The translations under genes and the position numbers were made by a program. Source: Eledone cirrhosa (lineage: Eukaryota). Taken from it: a stretch of DNA of 64,000 nucleotides. Shown here in pieces: positions 40,513 through 54,540 of this stretch. The first letter of the stretch is position 1. Each line of letters starts with the position of its first letter. The stretch is taken from the NCBI GenBank assembly GCA_964016885.1, contig OZ024740.1, positions 12,338,001-12,402,000 on the forward strand. Reading direction: 5' to 3'. The notes under the pieces were generated by a model. It was not told the origin of the DNA and did not search any database. It saw only the letters and a program-made list of their open reading frames with translations.

Positions 40513-40773
40513 GTGAAGAAGTGAAGAGGAAAGGGGGAGCGCCTCCTCTCTGGGCTTCCCCCGCGAAAAGAGTTGCACACTTTTCGGGGGTATGTGCAAT
40601 CCCCAACACGCCCCCTCCCTTTTGAGGACTTTTTATTGTTATATTATTATTGTTATTCCTTTTTTCTTTACTCGATTTATGTAAACTCCCCCACTGTGTA
40701 AATGTCCCCTTCTTTTGTGCCCTCGTGGCAAATAAATAGAAATTTATCTATCTATCTATCTATCTATCTATCT

Positions 40774-41777
40774 CTGGCACACTGAGTGTGCCCAGGCGCT
40801 CACCGCCCTCTGGCAGGCGGATCCGGTTATCAGTGGAGACTCCACCGCAACATTCTATAGAGGGGTGGTACGCAGCATGTGCGACGACGCCCTCGGAGAA
40901 GCCCTAGACATGGAGGAGGACGAACTGGCCAGCCTGTTCGGTAGGACATTTAGCCCGGGACCTATGGACAACTTCCAGAAGTCCCTGGCCTGGCAGTGCT
41001 ACCGAGGGGCTCTACCCGTTCGAGAAAAGCTCTGCTCTACCCGTTCGAGAAAAGCTCTACAGACACGGGCGCCCGGGTAGGGACCCCGCCAAAAAGATCT
41101 GTCCCAGATGCGTGTGCGACGAGGAAACCGTTGCACATGCATTGGTACACTGCTCGGGCGTAGCCTATCTGTGGGGCTATGTCGAACAACTGCTGTTAAG
41201 GGTGGGACCGATCCGGTTGACCACCGAGTTTATTGTAATGATCAAGCCGCCTCCCCCCTTCAAAGATGAAGGAGAGGCGGTGTTTCTGTGCGTAATAGCC
41301 ATGGTGAAAGAAGTTGTATGGTGAACGCGTCTGAAAGGACTGAGGTCAGGCACCTTTCTCTCTGGCCAACAACTGGTCCGTTTCTTCCGATATCATTTCG
41401 GAAGAAGGATCAGGATGGAGAGAGAGGTGCTCCACCCCAGTCGTTTTTATGAAAGGTGGGTGAAAGTGGCGAGAATGGCCCGTGTGAATGGGCCTTCTCT
41501 TTACATAAGCCTGTAGATGGAAAAGAGGAAGGAACGAGGGAGCACCCCCTCTCTGTGCTCCTGAGGAGAAGGGTTGCACACTTTTTTAGGGGGTGTGTGC
41601 GACCCCCCAGGCGCCTCCTCTCTATTGAGGATTTTGTTATAAATTTTATTTTTTGTTATATTTTATTTTATTTTTATATTTTGTTATTCCCTCCTCCTTA
41701 TTGAGGACGCCTTATTTTGTAAACTCCCCCCTTTGTACTTGTCCCACTTTTGATGCCCTGGTGGCAAATAAAAGAAA
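40774..41777 (+). mobile_element. 5'-truncated Tx1 copy D
   Basis: ORF2 3' part with a ~23-bp internal tandem duplication and a distinct 3' UTR; starts in copy C's (TATC)n tail. Confidence 0.92.
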
Positions 41778-41790
41778 CATATCTCTCTAT

Positions 41791-42177
41791 CAACAACTGA
41801 TTCTTTTTTTAAAATACCACTTTGGAAGAAGAATCAGGATGGAGAGAGAGGTGCTGTACTCCAGAAAGTTTTGTGAAAGGTGGGTGAAAGTGGCGAGAAT
41901 GGCCCGAGTGAATGGGCCTTCTCTCTATACCAGCCTGTAGGTTGAGGAAAAGGAGGAGGAGAGGAAAGGAGTACAAACTCGTCGTACTCCTGGAGATGAG
42001 GGTTGCACATTTTTTCGGGGGTATGTGTTACCCATATGAACTGTCTCCCCCTATTGGGGAAAATCGACTAATTTTTTAAATTGCATTTGTGATAACATTT
42101 TACACGTTTTTATTGTATGTAAACTTCCCCCTTTGTATTTGTCCCCTTCTTTTGTGCCCCTGTGGCTAATAAAGAAA
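41791..42177 (+). mobile_element. 5'-truncated Tx1 copy E (same subfamily as B)
   Basis: 3' UTR nearly identical to 34780-35016. Confidence 0.9.
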
Positions 42178-42197
42178 CATATCTATCTATCTATCTA

Positions 42198-42296
42198 TTT
42201 GTTATTGTATTAATAGTTTTATTTTCATATACCTGTATGTAAACTCCCCATTTGTATTTGTCCCCTTCTTTTGTGCCCTTGTGGCTAATAAAGAAA
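42198..42296 (+). mobile_element. Tx1 3'-UTR-only copy F (~100 bp)
   Basis: tgtaaactcccc..tgtatttgtccccttcttttgtgccc..aataaagaaa between two (TATC)n tracts. Confidence 0.85.
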
Positions 42297-42316
42297 TTTA
42301 TCTATCTATCTATCTA

Positions 42317-43915
42317 TTCGGTCCCGTTTTCAGAGGCTGGATCAAGACGATGCACACCAGCATCTGCTCGAAGGTAAAGGTGAATGACTACGCGTTCCAT
42401 TCGACAGGGATGCCCTCTCTTCTCCATTCTGTACGTATTGACTCTAGAGCTTCTACTGCGGAAGTTGGAGCTTTTGCAGGGCATCCCTTTAGAACCGGGA
42501 CTGCGAAAAGCGGCGTCGGCTTATGCCGACGACGTACCGGTAATGGTGTCGAAAACCTCGGGATTCGAGGTAATCGGCAACCTACTACAGGAATACGAAA
42601 GGTTCACAGGAGAAAAAACTGAACCCGGACAAGTCTGTCGGTTTGCAACTCGTAACGTGGAGAGGCAAACCGATGCCGTCCGACAGCGTCGTCGGACGCT
42701 GGACGGAAGGACCGGTGAAATTTCTCGGGTTCTGGTTCGGTCCAGACCTCCAGGTGGAGAAAAACTGGAACGCGGTCATGGCCAAGGTATTTGCGCTCAC
42801 CCAGAAGTGGGCAGAGTGCAAACTATCCTTGAAAGGTCGAGCGGAGGTGGCGAACACTTTCATAGCGTCCGTCATTTACTACCGCTTGACTGTCGTGCCT
42901 TGTCCCCGTGAATACCTCACCAAGATGGAACGCATGCTCTTCCAGTTCCTTTGGAAGAAGTAGGCTCCACTGGTGAGGAGATCCGTCTGCTGTCAGTACC
43001 CTTCCAACGGAGGGCTGGGAATGCCATTGGTGATGATGTGCAAACTCCATTTCGACATTCTATAGAGGGTTAGTACGTCACAAGTGCGAGACATGCTCGG
43101 GGAGACTCTGGGTGTCGAAGACGACGAGCTCACCAGTCTGTTCGGTAGAACTTTCCACCCGGGACCTATGGACAACTTCCAAAGGTCCCTGGCCTGGCAG
43201 TGCTACCCAGGAGCTCTACCAGTTCGAGACAATATCTACAGGCACGGACGCCCCGGCAGGGATCCTTCCAAGAGGACGTGTCCAAGATGCGCGCAGGACA
43301 TTGAAACCGTCCTGGACGCAATTGTACACTGCCCGGGCGTAACCGGCCTGTGGAACGACGCAGAACAACTGCTGTCGCTTATGGGACAAATCCAGTTGAC
43401 TGCTGAGTGCATAGTAAGGATCAAACCGCCAACTTCTTTCAAAAACGAAACAGAGGCGGTTTTCCTCTGTATAGTGTCTACGGCAAAGGAAGTTATATGG
43501 TGGACGAGATTAAGAGGACTGAGGACAGATGCCTTTCTCTCCGGACAACAACTCATTCCCTTCTTTAAGTATCACTTTAGAAGGAGAATCAGAGTGGAGA
43601 GAGAGGCACTGCACCCCAGTAAATTTACTGAAAAGTGGGTGAATGTAGCAAAAATGGCCAGAGTGATTGGGCCTTCTCTGTATATAAACCTGTAGGTTGA
43701 AGAAGAGAGCAAAAGGAAGAAAGGAGCACCTGGAGTTGAGGATTTTTCTACCTACGCGGTATTAAACAACCCATTTGTAACGCCTCCCCCTATTGGGGAT
43801 TTCGATTGTTAAATTTGTTTGTTTTAGTAATATTTTTACACGACTGTATGTAAAATCCCCGGCATGTCTTTGTTTTGTCCCCTTTTCTTGTGTGCCCTTG
43901 TGGCAAATAAAGAAA
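42317..43915 (+). mobile_element. 5'-truncated, internally deleted Tx1 copy G
   Basis: RT (RQGCPL, YADD) through the C-terminus with frameshifts; deletion near 43045; 3' UTR with AATAAA. Confidence 0.92.
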
Positions 43916-43937
43916 TATAACTGTCTCTATGTATATA

Positions 43938-44005
<68 letters not shown>

Positions 44006-44019
44006 AGTATATATATATA

Positions 44020-44733
44020 TACAATATGTTGAAAAGGTAACACACTAGAGAGAGATACAGTGCGCCATCAATAAAACAGGGAAAAACCACCAGTGTACAG
44101 AATATATAACCTATGAAAGGCAGAGTAGACACGATAATTAAAAATATAAATTAAAGCGTAAATAAATACCTCTATAACTATATAACACACGTACAAATCC
44201 AAATCCAAAGTGATCTGTTTCGCCAGTAAGTTGTTGACAGAAATGAAATAACCCAGGTTCATCAGCGCGTGTTAGGCTATACATTTCAGACAACACTAAG
44301 AGAATTTTTAAAGCGATCGTCCAACTACACGTGGGAGAGAGGAGTCACAGCGTGTTTAAGGGCAGTGAACCAGTGGCCTCTGAGGGACGAGTTGCTAGAA
44401 AAGTTAGCCCAAAACCACTCAGAGAAGTGTGCTCAACCAAACAGAGAGAGAGGAAAGACTGTTATAAGGAGCGACATATCACGATATATTAACGGAGCCA
44501 TAGACTCTCGCCGTTCCCTGTCAATAATGTGCTCAAAGGAGAGGAAATCCTGAGCACTTTAAAATACAATATGTTGAAAAGGTAACACACTAGAGAGAGA
44601 TACAGTGCGCCATCAATAAAACAGGGAAACACCACCAGTGTATGGAATCTATAACCTTTCATAGGTTATAGATTCCATGCACTGGTGGTTTTTCCCTGTT
44701 TTATTGATGGCGCACTGTATCTCTTCAACATAT

Positions 44734-44736
<3 letters not shown>
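44020..44736 (-). mobile_element. Retrozyme-like/non-autonomous PLE, family X copy 2 (545-bp monomer, terminal inversion)
   Basis: Reverse-complement homolog of 25451-26214. 44020 is repeated at 44565, and 44656-44736 is inverted. Confidence 0.85.
44185..44272 (-). ncRNA. Type I hammerhead ribozyme
   Basis: Minus strand: acacgcg-CTGATGA-acc...ggc-GAAAC-agatc...gattt-GTA-cgtgtgt. Confidence 0.87.
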
Positions 44737-44770
<34 letters not shown>

Positions 44771-44946
44771 CGAAGGAAATGTGGTAAGGAACCAGATGGA
44801 CCATAACGCACCAAAGTACTCAATACTTAGGGTAGTAGAGTCCAGAATTAGCCGTCGAAACGGTTTGGCTTCAGCCGTCGGGGTCCTACTCGTTCCTATA
44901 TATATATATATATATGTGTGCGTGTGTGTATACATACAAATATACA

Positions 44947-45031
<85 letters not shown>

Positions 45032-45248
45032 TTTTCTCTCTCACTCTCTTTTCTTCTCTTTCTCTCTCTTCTTCCAACCGTATAATGTAAATAAACCGTT
45101 GTTTTTTCAATTTTTTCGGACATTCATTTGCATACTCACACATAACTTTGAATCACCCTCAATAAATTTGTTTACCACTATCCAGCGAACCTCCAACCGT
45201 CAAGGTTGTTCTTCTGCGGGTATGTCAACATTTATAAAACAAATTTTG

Positions 45249-45314
45249 TATTTTATCTGATGAAAGCGCATCAAAATTTTCCTTGGTTGCCCTTGAAATA
45301 TATATAATAAAATA
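45249..45314 (+). ncRNA. Minimal type I hammerhead ribozyme (5' pLTR)
   Basis: tattttat-CTGATGA-aagcgca..tgccctt-GAAA-tatata-TA-ataaaata. Confidence 0.87.
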
Positions 45315-45500
45315 ATTATGGTTTTATAAATATAGTTTCCATTTATTAATATAATAAATATTTACTCCACTAAACTGCTGAGTGCTTTATATCAGTTATA
45401 AAACTTTTAAGTTTGTTGAATTCCAACAAATTAAATATAACCTTTGCATATTTAGCTCCTTTATTGTTGAGCACTTTAAATTATAACTGATAATTAAATA

Positions 45501-47660
45501 ATGGAATTCTTTATGATCTCTTCTTCTGTAAAATACATACCTTTACCTAGGAATAAGGACTATCTTAAACAACTTATCGAGAAATCGGACTCCTTTATAA
45601 GAAGACTCAGATGGCGTGCTTTTCATTTCGATAGAAAATCAGATGAAAATGAAAATAAATCCAACTTCGATATGATCTTCAAATCCAAGAAAAATCCACC
45701 TAGCAACAAATTATTAATGGGATTTGAAAATGAAATTATTCCAATCATACAAAACATTAAATTTAAGAAAAACCAATTTGTAGGCCAGGATTACCTTAAA
45801 GGTCTCAAGAATAATATAGAACATCTTGAAAGAACTGAAAAATTCTTGTTAAATCTGATAAAACCAACAATCTATACGGAATGCAAAAGGACGATTATAA
45901 TAATCTTATATTGAAGGAATTAAGGAAAAACTACAAGAGAGCAACCAATGATGACCTTGAAATGCTAAATAGAGAAGCTTCTAATATAATCCATAAATTA
46001 GGCATCGAAAATAGGACTGAACCCTTTATACCTAGAAAACCAAAAATTAATTTGAAAGACCACAAAAGAAACTTTGAAATAGAATTACCAGTTAAATCGG
46101 ACCTAAGCATAGTTAGTAAAAATATTTTAGACAGAATCATACCGCAACTTAAAGAAATATCTTACTTAAAATTATGGAATGAGACTAATGAAGTTATAGA
46201 TTGGTTTAAGGACATAAAATATAAGCATAACAAAAAATTAATTCAATTGGATATTGCTAATTACTACTCATCTATCACTCCTAATTTACTCAATAAAGCC
46301 CTTATATGCGCATCTAAATATACTGATTTATCTAGCGATGAAATGCACATATCTTAACTGCACATAAAACCTTAATTAAATTTAACAACCATCTTTGGAC
46401 TAGAGCAGATAGGGTTAACAATTTCGATATCACTATGGGGTCATCGGACTCGGCGCAATTAACGGATCTTGTGGGGCTTTTTATTAATAATACATTACTT
46501 AGAAAACTACTGGAGATGACCGGTGGTTTATATCGTGATGATATGCTGTTACTAATTGAAAATAACAATAATTCTGAAATCAATAGAAAAAGAAAAACAA
46601 TAATACAATTTTTTAATAGCTTTAATCTTAAGTTAGAAATAGGGAATAATTATAAAATAGTTAACTTTTTAGATGTAACATTAAACCTTAATACTGGGCT
46701 ATACTATCCATTTCATAAAATCAATGAGAATTTAAATTATGTTAACTTTAACTCTAATCACCCTATATCCGTTAAGAACACCATCGTAAATTCCGTACAG
46801 CAACGTATTTGTAGAATTTCAGCGAATAAAAATATATTTGAAGACAAGGCACAATATTATAACGAAGCTTTAAGTAGAGCAGGCTATAATAATCAAATTA
46901 AATACATCGACAATTAACCATAATTATAATTATAATTATAATAAGAAACCTAACGCTAAAACTAAAAGAAGAAATAGAACTAGAAACATAATATGATTCG
47001 CTCCTCCTTTCTCACTAAGTATTAAAACACCTTTAGCTAAACTATTTTTTAAAGCTCTTGATAATTGTTTTCCCAAGACACATAAATATTATTCAATCTT
47101 TAACAGACATACAATTAAACTATCATATTCTACTACTATGAATTTAGCACAAAATATAAATAGAATCAATAATAGAAATCTTAACCAGAATAGCACTAAT
47201 ACCTCCAGCAATACTGTTCCCAATAATATGAATTCTGATAAATGTAATTGTAGAATTAAATCTAACTGTCCTTTAAATAATAACTGTTTAGTTAAAAATG
47301 TGGTCTACAAATGCAATGTCAAAACCAACGACAATTCTTTCAACTATGTTGGCTCTACTTCTACTGACTTCAAATCTCGTTTCAATAACCATAAATGTTC
47401 GTTTAGGAATATTGGTAAAAAAATCTTCAACTTCTCTATCCAACTTATTATGGAACTTAAAATCCAAGAATATAAACTATTTTTTATCTTGGAATATTGT
47501 TTCGATTGCACATGCCTACATAAACACTTCTTTATCCAAATTTTGCAACCTATGTGTTGAAGAAATATTCTAAATGTAAGAACTCCATTAATTTGCGTAA
47601 TAATTTATTTAGTTCTTGTAAACATCGATTAAATTCAACTTTTAGATATATATATAAAAT
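45501..47660 (+). pseudogene. Naiad-type PLE RT + GIY-YIG, frameshifted
   Basis: FIRRLRWRAF, KSDKTNN, LKDHK, LDIANYYSSI, MGSSDSAQLTDLVGL, GGLYRDD, VNFLDV, SNHP, CNCR..CPL..C, NVVY..YVGSTSTDFKSRFNNH, CNLC. Confidence 0.9.
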
Positions 47661-48663
47661 GTAATTACACGTTTAATCTTCCTTACATAATGTTTACTCT
47701 ATCCAAACACCTATAATCTCATTTCTTAAATTATATACATATATGTTCAGAAATTTAATGTAATTTTAATTACTTCGTAAATATATAATACACTTCTTAA
47801 ATCTTTAATTTACTTCTTAAAACATTTACTTTCTAATATTTCTTCTTCATATATATATTTTTACCTTATCTATCTTACTTCCGAAAATATCTAATAATCC
47901 TTCTGGATTGATTACTTGAACATTTTTGAGGTTTTTTAAAATGGTCTTTTAAAATGTTTTTAAAAATGGTTTTGAAAATGTTTTTGAAAATGTTTTAAAA
48001 GTTTTTTAAGGGTGTTATAGAAAATTATAAAAAGTATTCCTTTAGGCTCACTAATATTTTAATATTTTCTAAATTAATATTTTCGAAATTAATATTTTTT
48101 GAAATTTATACTTTCCAATATTCTAAACATTTAAAAATACTTTTAATATTTTAAATATTTAACTACTTCCAAATATTTCTGAATACTTCTTTATATTTCG
48201 GATAATTTAGGTTCTAATTATAATTTATGAATAAGTTTTAAACATTTGCAAAACATTATACATTTAAATAATTTATCATCTATAATATGACATATAATTT
48301 TAAATACATCTTTAATGTAATATATCCTTATTTTTTAATTTAACACTATTTTTAATTTATCATTATCATTAATTTATCATTATTTTTATCTTATTATTTT
48401 TAATATAAACATAACAAAAAAAATGTATTTACGAGATATGGATTCATCCCTAGATAAGCTTATTTCTTCGCTCGTTCTTCTTTAACTTTTTTTCATCATT
48501 ACTCTGCATATGATTCCTTTTCTTTCTTTCTCTCTTTTTTCTTCCTCTTTCTCTTTCTTTCTTCTCTATTTTTCTTTTTATTTTTCTTTTTCTTTTTCTT
48601 TTTCTTTTTCTTTTTCTTTTTCTTTTTCTTTTTCTTTTTCTTTTTCTTTTTCTTTTTCTTTTT

Positions 48664-48748
<85 letters not shown>

Positions 48749-48924
48749 TCCAACCGTATAATTTAAATAAACCGTTGTTTTTTCAATTTTTTCGGACATT
48801 CATTTGCATACTCACACATAACTTTGAATCACCCTCAATAAATTTGTTTTCCACTATCCAGCGAACCTCCAACCGTCAAGGTTGTTCTTCTGCGGGTATG
48901 TCAACATTTATAAAACAAATTTTG

Positions 48925-48990
48925 TATTTTATCTGATGAAAGCGCACCAAACTTTGCCTTGGTTGCCCTTGAAATATATATAATAAAATA
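48925..48990 (+). ncRNA. Minimal type I hammerhead ribozyme (3' pLTR)
   Basis: Same core as 45249; the differences fall in the distal stem II/loop. Confidence 0.87.
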
Positions 48991-49132
48991 ATTATGGTTT
49001 TATAAATATTGTTTCCATTTATTAATATAATGAATATTTACTCCACTAAACTGTTGAGTGCTTTATATCAGTTATAAAACTTTTAAGTTTGTTGAATTTT
49101 TGTATATTTATATATATATATATATATACGTG

Positions 49133-49185
<53 letters not shown>

Positions 49186-49968
49186 ATCCCGGGTTCAATC
49201 GGGGGTAACCACAGTAAGTAAGGTACTCAGTACTCAATACATAACAGAGTATAAATATTTAATATATATATATTATATATGTGTGTGTGTATATATATAT
49301 GTGTGTGTGTGTGATTGTGTTAGGAGCAGCAGTATATAACTACTTATGTAAGAGAGTGTAAAGTTCCACTAACCACCAAAATACCGAACCTTCCCACTAT
49401 CTCCTGACCTAGTTAATAACACACACATCCCTCTCCCTCCCCCCTCCCTACCTACACCTCTCCCTTCCTCCATCCCTTCCTTCACCCCCCCTCTCATCAC
49501 AACCTCCCTTCTTTCTCTTCCTCCCTCCCTACCTACACCCCTCAACCCCATTTCACCCCTATCTTCACCCCTCCTCCATCTTCACCCCCTCACACCTCCC
49601 CTTTCCCTCCCTCCACTCCTCCCTCACTCTTCATGCATCCCTCTCCCCTACCCCCTACCCTTCCACACATTCTTCAACTCCCATCTCTCTCTCTTACACC
49701 ATTTACTCTCTCACCCCTATCTCTCTCTGCCCCCTTCTCTCGCTATCTTTGTCACACTCTCTGCCCCTCTCTCTCACCTTTCTCTCTTGCTCTCTCTTTG
49801 TCTCTCTCTGCTTCTCTCTCACTCTCGCTACCCCCCTCCAATGTTTGGCTAAGTTATGCGTATGTATGTGTGTATAACAATATCTATACTATGTATCTGT
49901 TTACGCACTGTATACATAACTATAAACATAAGTGAAAATATATATATAAGTACCACTGTATATATGAA

Positions 49969-50086
<118 letters not shown>

Positions 50087-50744
50087 GAATAAAATTAGTC
50101 CTTCATCAGTGATCTTCCAACCATCATTGGTATTTCATCGCTTTAAAGACCATATACCGCCGGTTGGTGCGAGCAACGGCTAAAGAAAGTCGTTGGGACA
50201 CGTAAATAAGGGGAACGAACGAGAATGTAAACAAACAAAGATGGTAAAGCAACGAAAAGTGAGGAAGAAAGAGTCAAGTCCCAGATTTCCATGAATATAA
50301 GTTCGGTGAAATCATGAACGAGAGAGAATAAAGACCATCAAACCTAGTCGAAATGTGAGCAAGGAAGGAATTCCGCACAGGTCTAACGGGAGGAAGAAGG
50401 AGTCCAGTCCGTGAATTCGGTGAACATAAGTTCTGTGAAATCGTAGACGGGAGAGGAAAAAGGGGAACCAGCCTGGTCAAGCGTGCGAAAGAAAATAATT
50501 ACGCACAGGTCAAACGGGAGGAAGGAGGAGGAGGAGGAGAGGTAGTAACAGAGAGTGAGTGAGTGAAGGGTGAGGAAGAGGCTAACAGAGAGAGTGACTG
50601 TTAGAGAGGGTAAAGATACAGAGAAAGAGGAAGCAGTAAGAACGAAATAGACGGGTCACAGCGGGGAAAAATATATGTGTGAATATGAGAATAAACGTGC
50701 TGCGTGGTTGCAAATGGGTTACATATGAATAAAGTTAGTCCTTG

Positions 50745-51662
<918 letters not shown>

Positions 51663-51692
51663 AGATCAAAAGATGGTTAAATGAGTTCCATG

Positions 51693-51763
51693 TATTTTAT
51701 TATGCGCATTTCAAAAACAAATATCATCATGCAATAACATTTGTGTTTTCATCAGATAAAATA
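51693..51763 (-). ncRNA. Type I hammerhead ribozyme (left arm)
   Basis: Reverse complement of 51883-51953. Confidence 0.87.
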
Positions 51764-51882
51764 GGAAGACATGATATGAAGGTTAAAAACACTTGTGGAT
51801 AGTGCAGTTTTAAATCAACATGATATGTTGATTTAAAACTGCACTATCCACAAGTGTTTTTAACCTTCATATCATGTCTTCC

Positions 51883-51953
51883 TATTTTATCTGATGAAAA
51901 CACAAATGTTATTGCATGATGATATTTGTTTTTGAAATGCGCATAATAAAATA
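51883..51953 (+). ncRNA. Type I hammerhead ribozyme (right arm)
   Basis: tattttat-CTGATGA-aaacacaaatgtt..gatatttgttttt-GAAA-tgcgca-TA-ataaaata. Confidence 0.87.
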
Positions 51954-52076
51954 CATGGAACTCATTTAACTATCTTTTGATCTTATATATTATGTATACT
52001 CCAGTCCTACAAACTGTAGAGTGCTTCTTATCCGATATCTGCATTGCTTTATTATACTACAATAAAACTCACCTCC

Positions 52077-52207
<131 letters not shown>

Positions 52208-52262
52208 TTAGATACATGTTTACACACACACACACATATGTATCTATCTATCTATCTATCTA

Positions 52263-52895
52263 CAACATCTGCTCAAGGGTCAAGTTGAACGGCTACCTCT
52301 CGGAGTTGTTCCATATCACGCGATCCATCCGACAGGGATGCCCTCTCTTCTCCCTTGTGTACGTACTGACTCTCGAGCCACTACTACGGAAGTTGGAGCT
52401 ATTGCAGGGCATGTCTCTGGAACCGGGACTGCGGAAAGCGGCGTCGGCCTACGTCGACGACGTGACAGTAATGGTGTCGAGCGCCTCGCAAATCGAGGAA
52501 TTCGGCACCTTACTGAAGGAATACGAAAGGTTCACAGGAGCGAAGCTGAACCGGGACAAGTCCATCGGTTTGCAACTCGGATCGTGGAGAGGCAAACCGA
52601 TGCCTTCCAATGGCGTCGTCGGACGCTGGACGGAAGGACCGATAAAGCTGCTCGGGGTCTGGTTTGGTCCGGACCTCCAGGTGGAGAAGAACTGGAACGA
52701 GGTGACGGCCAAGGTGTTTGCACTCATTCAGAAGTGGATCGAGTGCAAACTATCCTTGAAAGGTCGAGCGGAGGTGGAGAACACTTTTATAGCGTCCGCC
52801 ATCTACTACCGCTTGACCGTCGTGTCTTGTCCAGCCAAAACGCTCACCAAAATGGAGCGCGCGCTCTTCCAATTCCTTTGGAAGAAACGGGCTCC
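52263..52895 (+). mobile_element. Tx1 internal RT fragment (copy H)
   Basis: RQGCPL, AYVDD, KLLGVWFG; begins directly after (TATC)5. Confidence 0.9.
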
Positions 52896-52896
52896 T

Positions 52897-53690
52897 GCCA
52901 GGTTTTTAAGGATAGATCTAGGGTGATTGGATTGTGAGTGTATGTAATGTAAGTTTTGGTTAGGTTTATGGTAAGGTTGGTAGATACCCGTAGATAAGTC
53001 TAAATTTATATCAAGGAAATTAACTACTTTACTGGTGTTTTCAAATGTAATAGTGAGACTATAATAGTCTTTGAGGAAAGTTCTAATAAGTTTTTATATT
53101 TTTTTCAATTTCTGATAGGCTAAGGTTAGTGGAAAGAAGAAGACAGTCATCACGATATAAACCACCTTTAAGGTGGGGAAAAGAAGCATTTATGTTAAAT
53201 AGAAGAAAGAGGCCCACAAGATCGGTAATTTGGGCAGAATCACTAGAGCCCATAGTAATGTCGAATAGATTACTATATGTATTTCTGGTCCAGTATTCCT
53301 TCTGAAATTCCAGTAGTGTTTGTCTAGCGTGCGTGATAATATTAATGTCATCCATAGTTAAGTTTGATCTATTTTTGGCAAATATCAAGGCTTTGTTCAG
53401 GAGTATGGGTGATATAGAGGGATAATAAGCATCTATATCGAATTGTAGAAATGAAGCAGATGATTTATTTCTAATATTAGTAAACCAGTTAATTACCTGG
53501 GATGTGTTTTCCCAGAGTGGTAAATTAACATGTTTTCTTAATTGTGGGATGACTCTATATAAAATTGTTTTACTAATGATGCCAATGTCAGATTTGGAAG
53601 GGCATATAAGTCTTATAGAAGGATTAGAGTTAAAATTAGATTTGTGATCTTTCAAAGTATTATTTCCATTCAAAACTGAAGTCTGCATTC
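52897..53690 (-). pseudogene. Naiad-type PLE RT fragment
   Basis: LKDHK, RLICPSKSDIG, FDIDAYYPSI, MGSSDSAQITDLVGL, GGLYRDD, then VNFLD..SNHPRS after a frameshift. Confidence 0.88.
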
Positions 53691-54166
53691 CTCTACCCCT
53701 AAATTAAATTTATACTACTACTAGTCTATCAACTTGACCACTTACTACTCTTCTATTGGTCAATTCAAAACCTGTTCCCAAACAGACCTATTATATTAAA
53801 TCTTTGTTGGTTTTATTCAATAAACAAACATCATTATTTCTGAAGACAGCATATATATGTGTAGATATGTATATTCCCTCTGATAGTTTGGAAAATTTTT
53901 ACATAGATCTATATGATATACATACCAACACACACACATATATCCTAGAAACGATCGTAAAATGATGAATTTTTTAATATAAGGAACTGTTTCTTTGTTT
54001 TTATTCATTGATTTTATTAATTTATCTTGACTCTGTTTTCCTGTGATTTTCATCGAAAAAAGTTTTGAATACATCTTTTCTTTTCATGATATTTGGATTA
54101 CATTGAGTTCTTCATACGGATTGGACACTACCGTATGTTTTGATAGATTTATCTACACATATATAT

Positions 54167-54208
<42 letters not shown>

Positions 54209-54239
54209 ATAAAACGAAAAATCAGTGATGCATCTGGAC

Positions 54240-54540
54240 TCAATTTATTGTGTTACACTTGTTTCGCCGGCAGACAGCTCGAGACACGATCATTGTATGG
54301 ATTTGTCTGATTCTGGAAACTGGAGGTTCGTCGGACACTGGCAATAATTCCGGATCAAATTTTCTCACTGGGGTGTTAGCGTCAAAAAACATCTTCCTCG
54401 CTTGTCCCGCTGTTGGCTGTTGTTTTTCTACGTCATCATAATTTCTGGCCAATAGTCGCAATCAGGCTGTCCAACGGCTACACTCTGGCTGACACACTTC
54501 AATGAATTCATGTTGGGTTTGGCATTTCACAAGTCCACTC
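54240..54540 (-). pseudogene. Possible degraded I/Jockey-group LINE C-terminal fragment
   Basis: LLARNY...RQIHTMIVSRAV resembles, from memory, the post-RT region of I-group LINEs; contains an in-frame stop. Confidence 0.35.

Larger units (their letters stand above)
35040..40742 (+). mobile_element. Full-length Tx1-clade LINE copy C (intact ORF2)
   Basis: ~200-bp 5' UTR, ORF1, ORF2 and a 3' UTR ending AATAAA-TAGAAA; (TATC)n on both flanks. Confidence 0.97.
45068..49098 (+). mobile_element. Penelope-like element (Naiad-type) with direct pLTRs
   Basis: ~355-bp direct repeats at 45068-45422 and 48744-49098 (offset 3676), each with a hammerhead, flank a disrupted RT/GIY-YIG ORF. Confidence 0.92.

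Noticed and set aside
46980-47640. Selenocysteine recoding, as reported for some Naiad PLEs
   Set aside because: The in-frame TGA (RNII*FAPP) is at a conserved Trp position, which is TAG in the 56274 copy. The Cys motifs use TGT/TGC.
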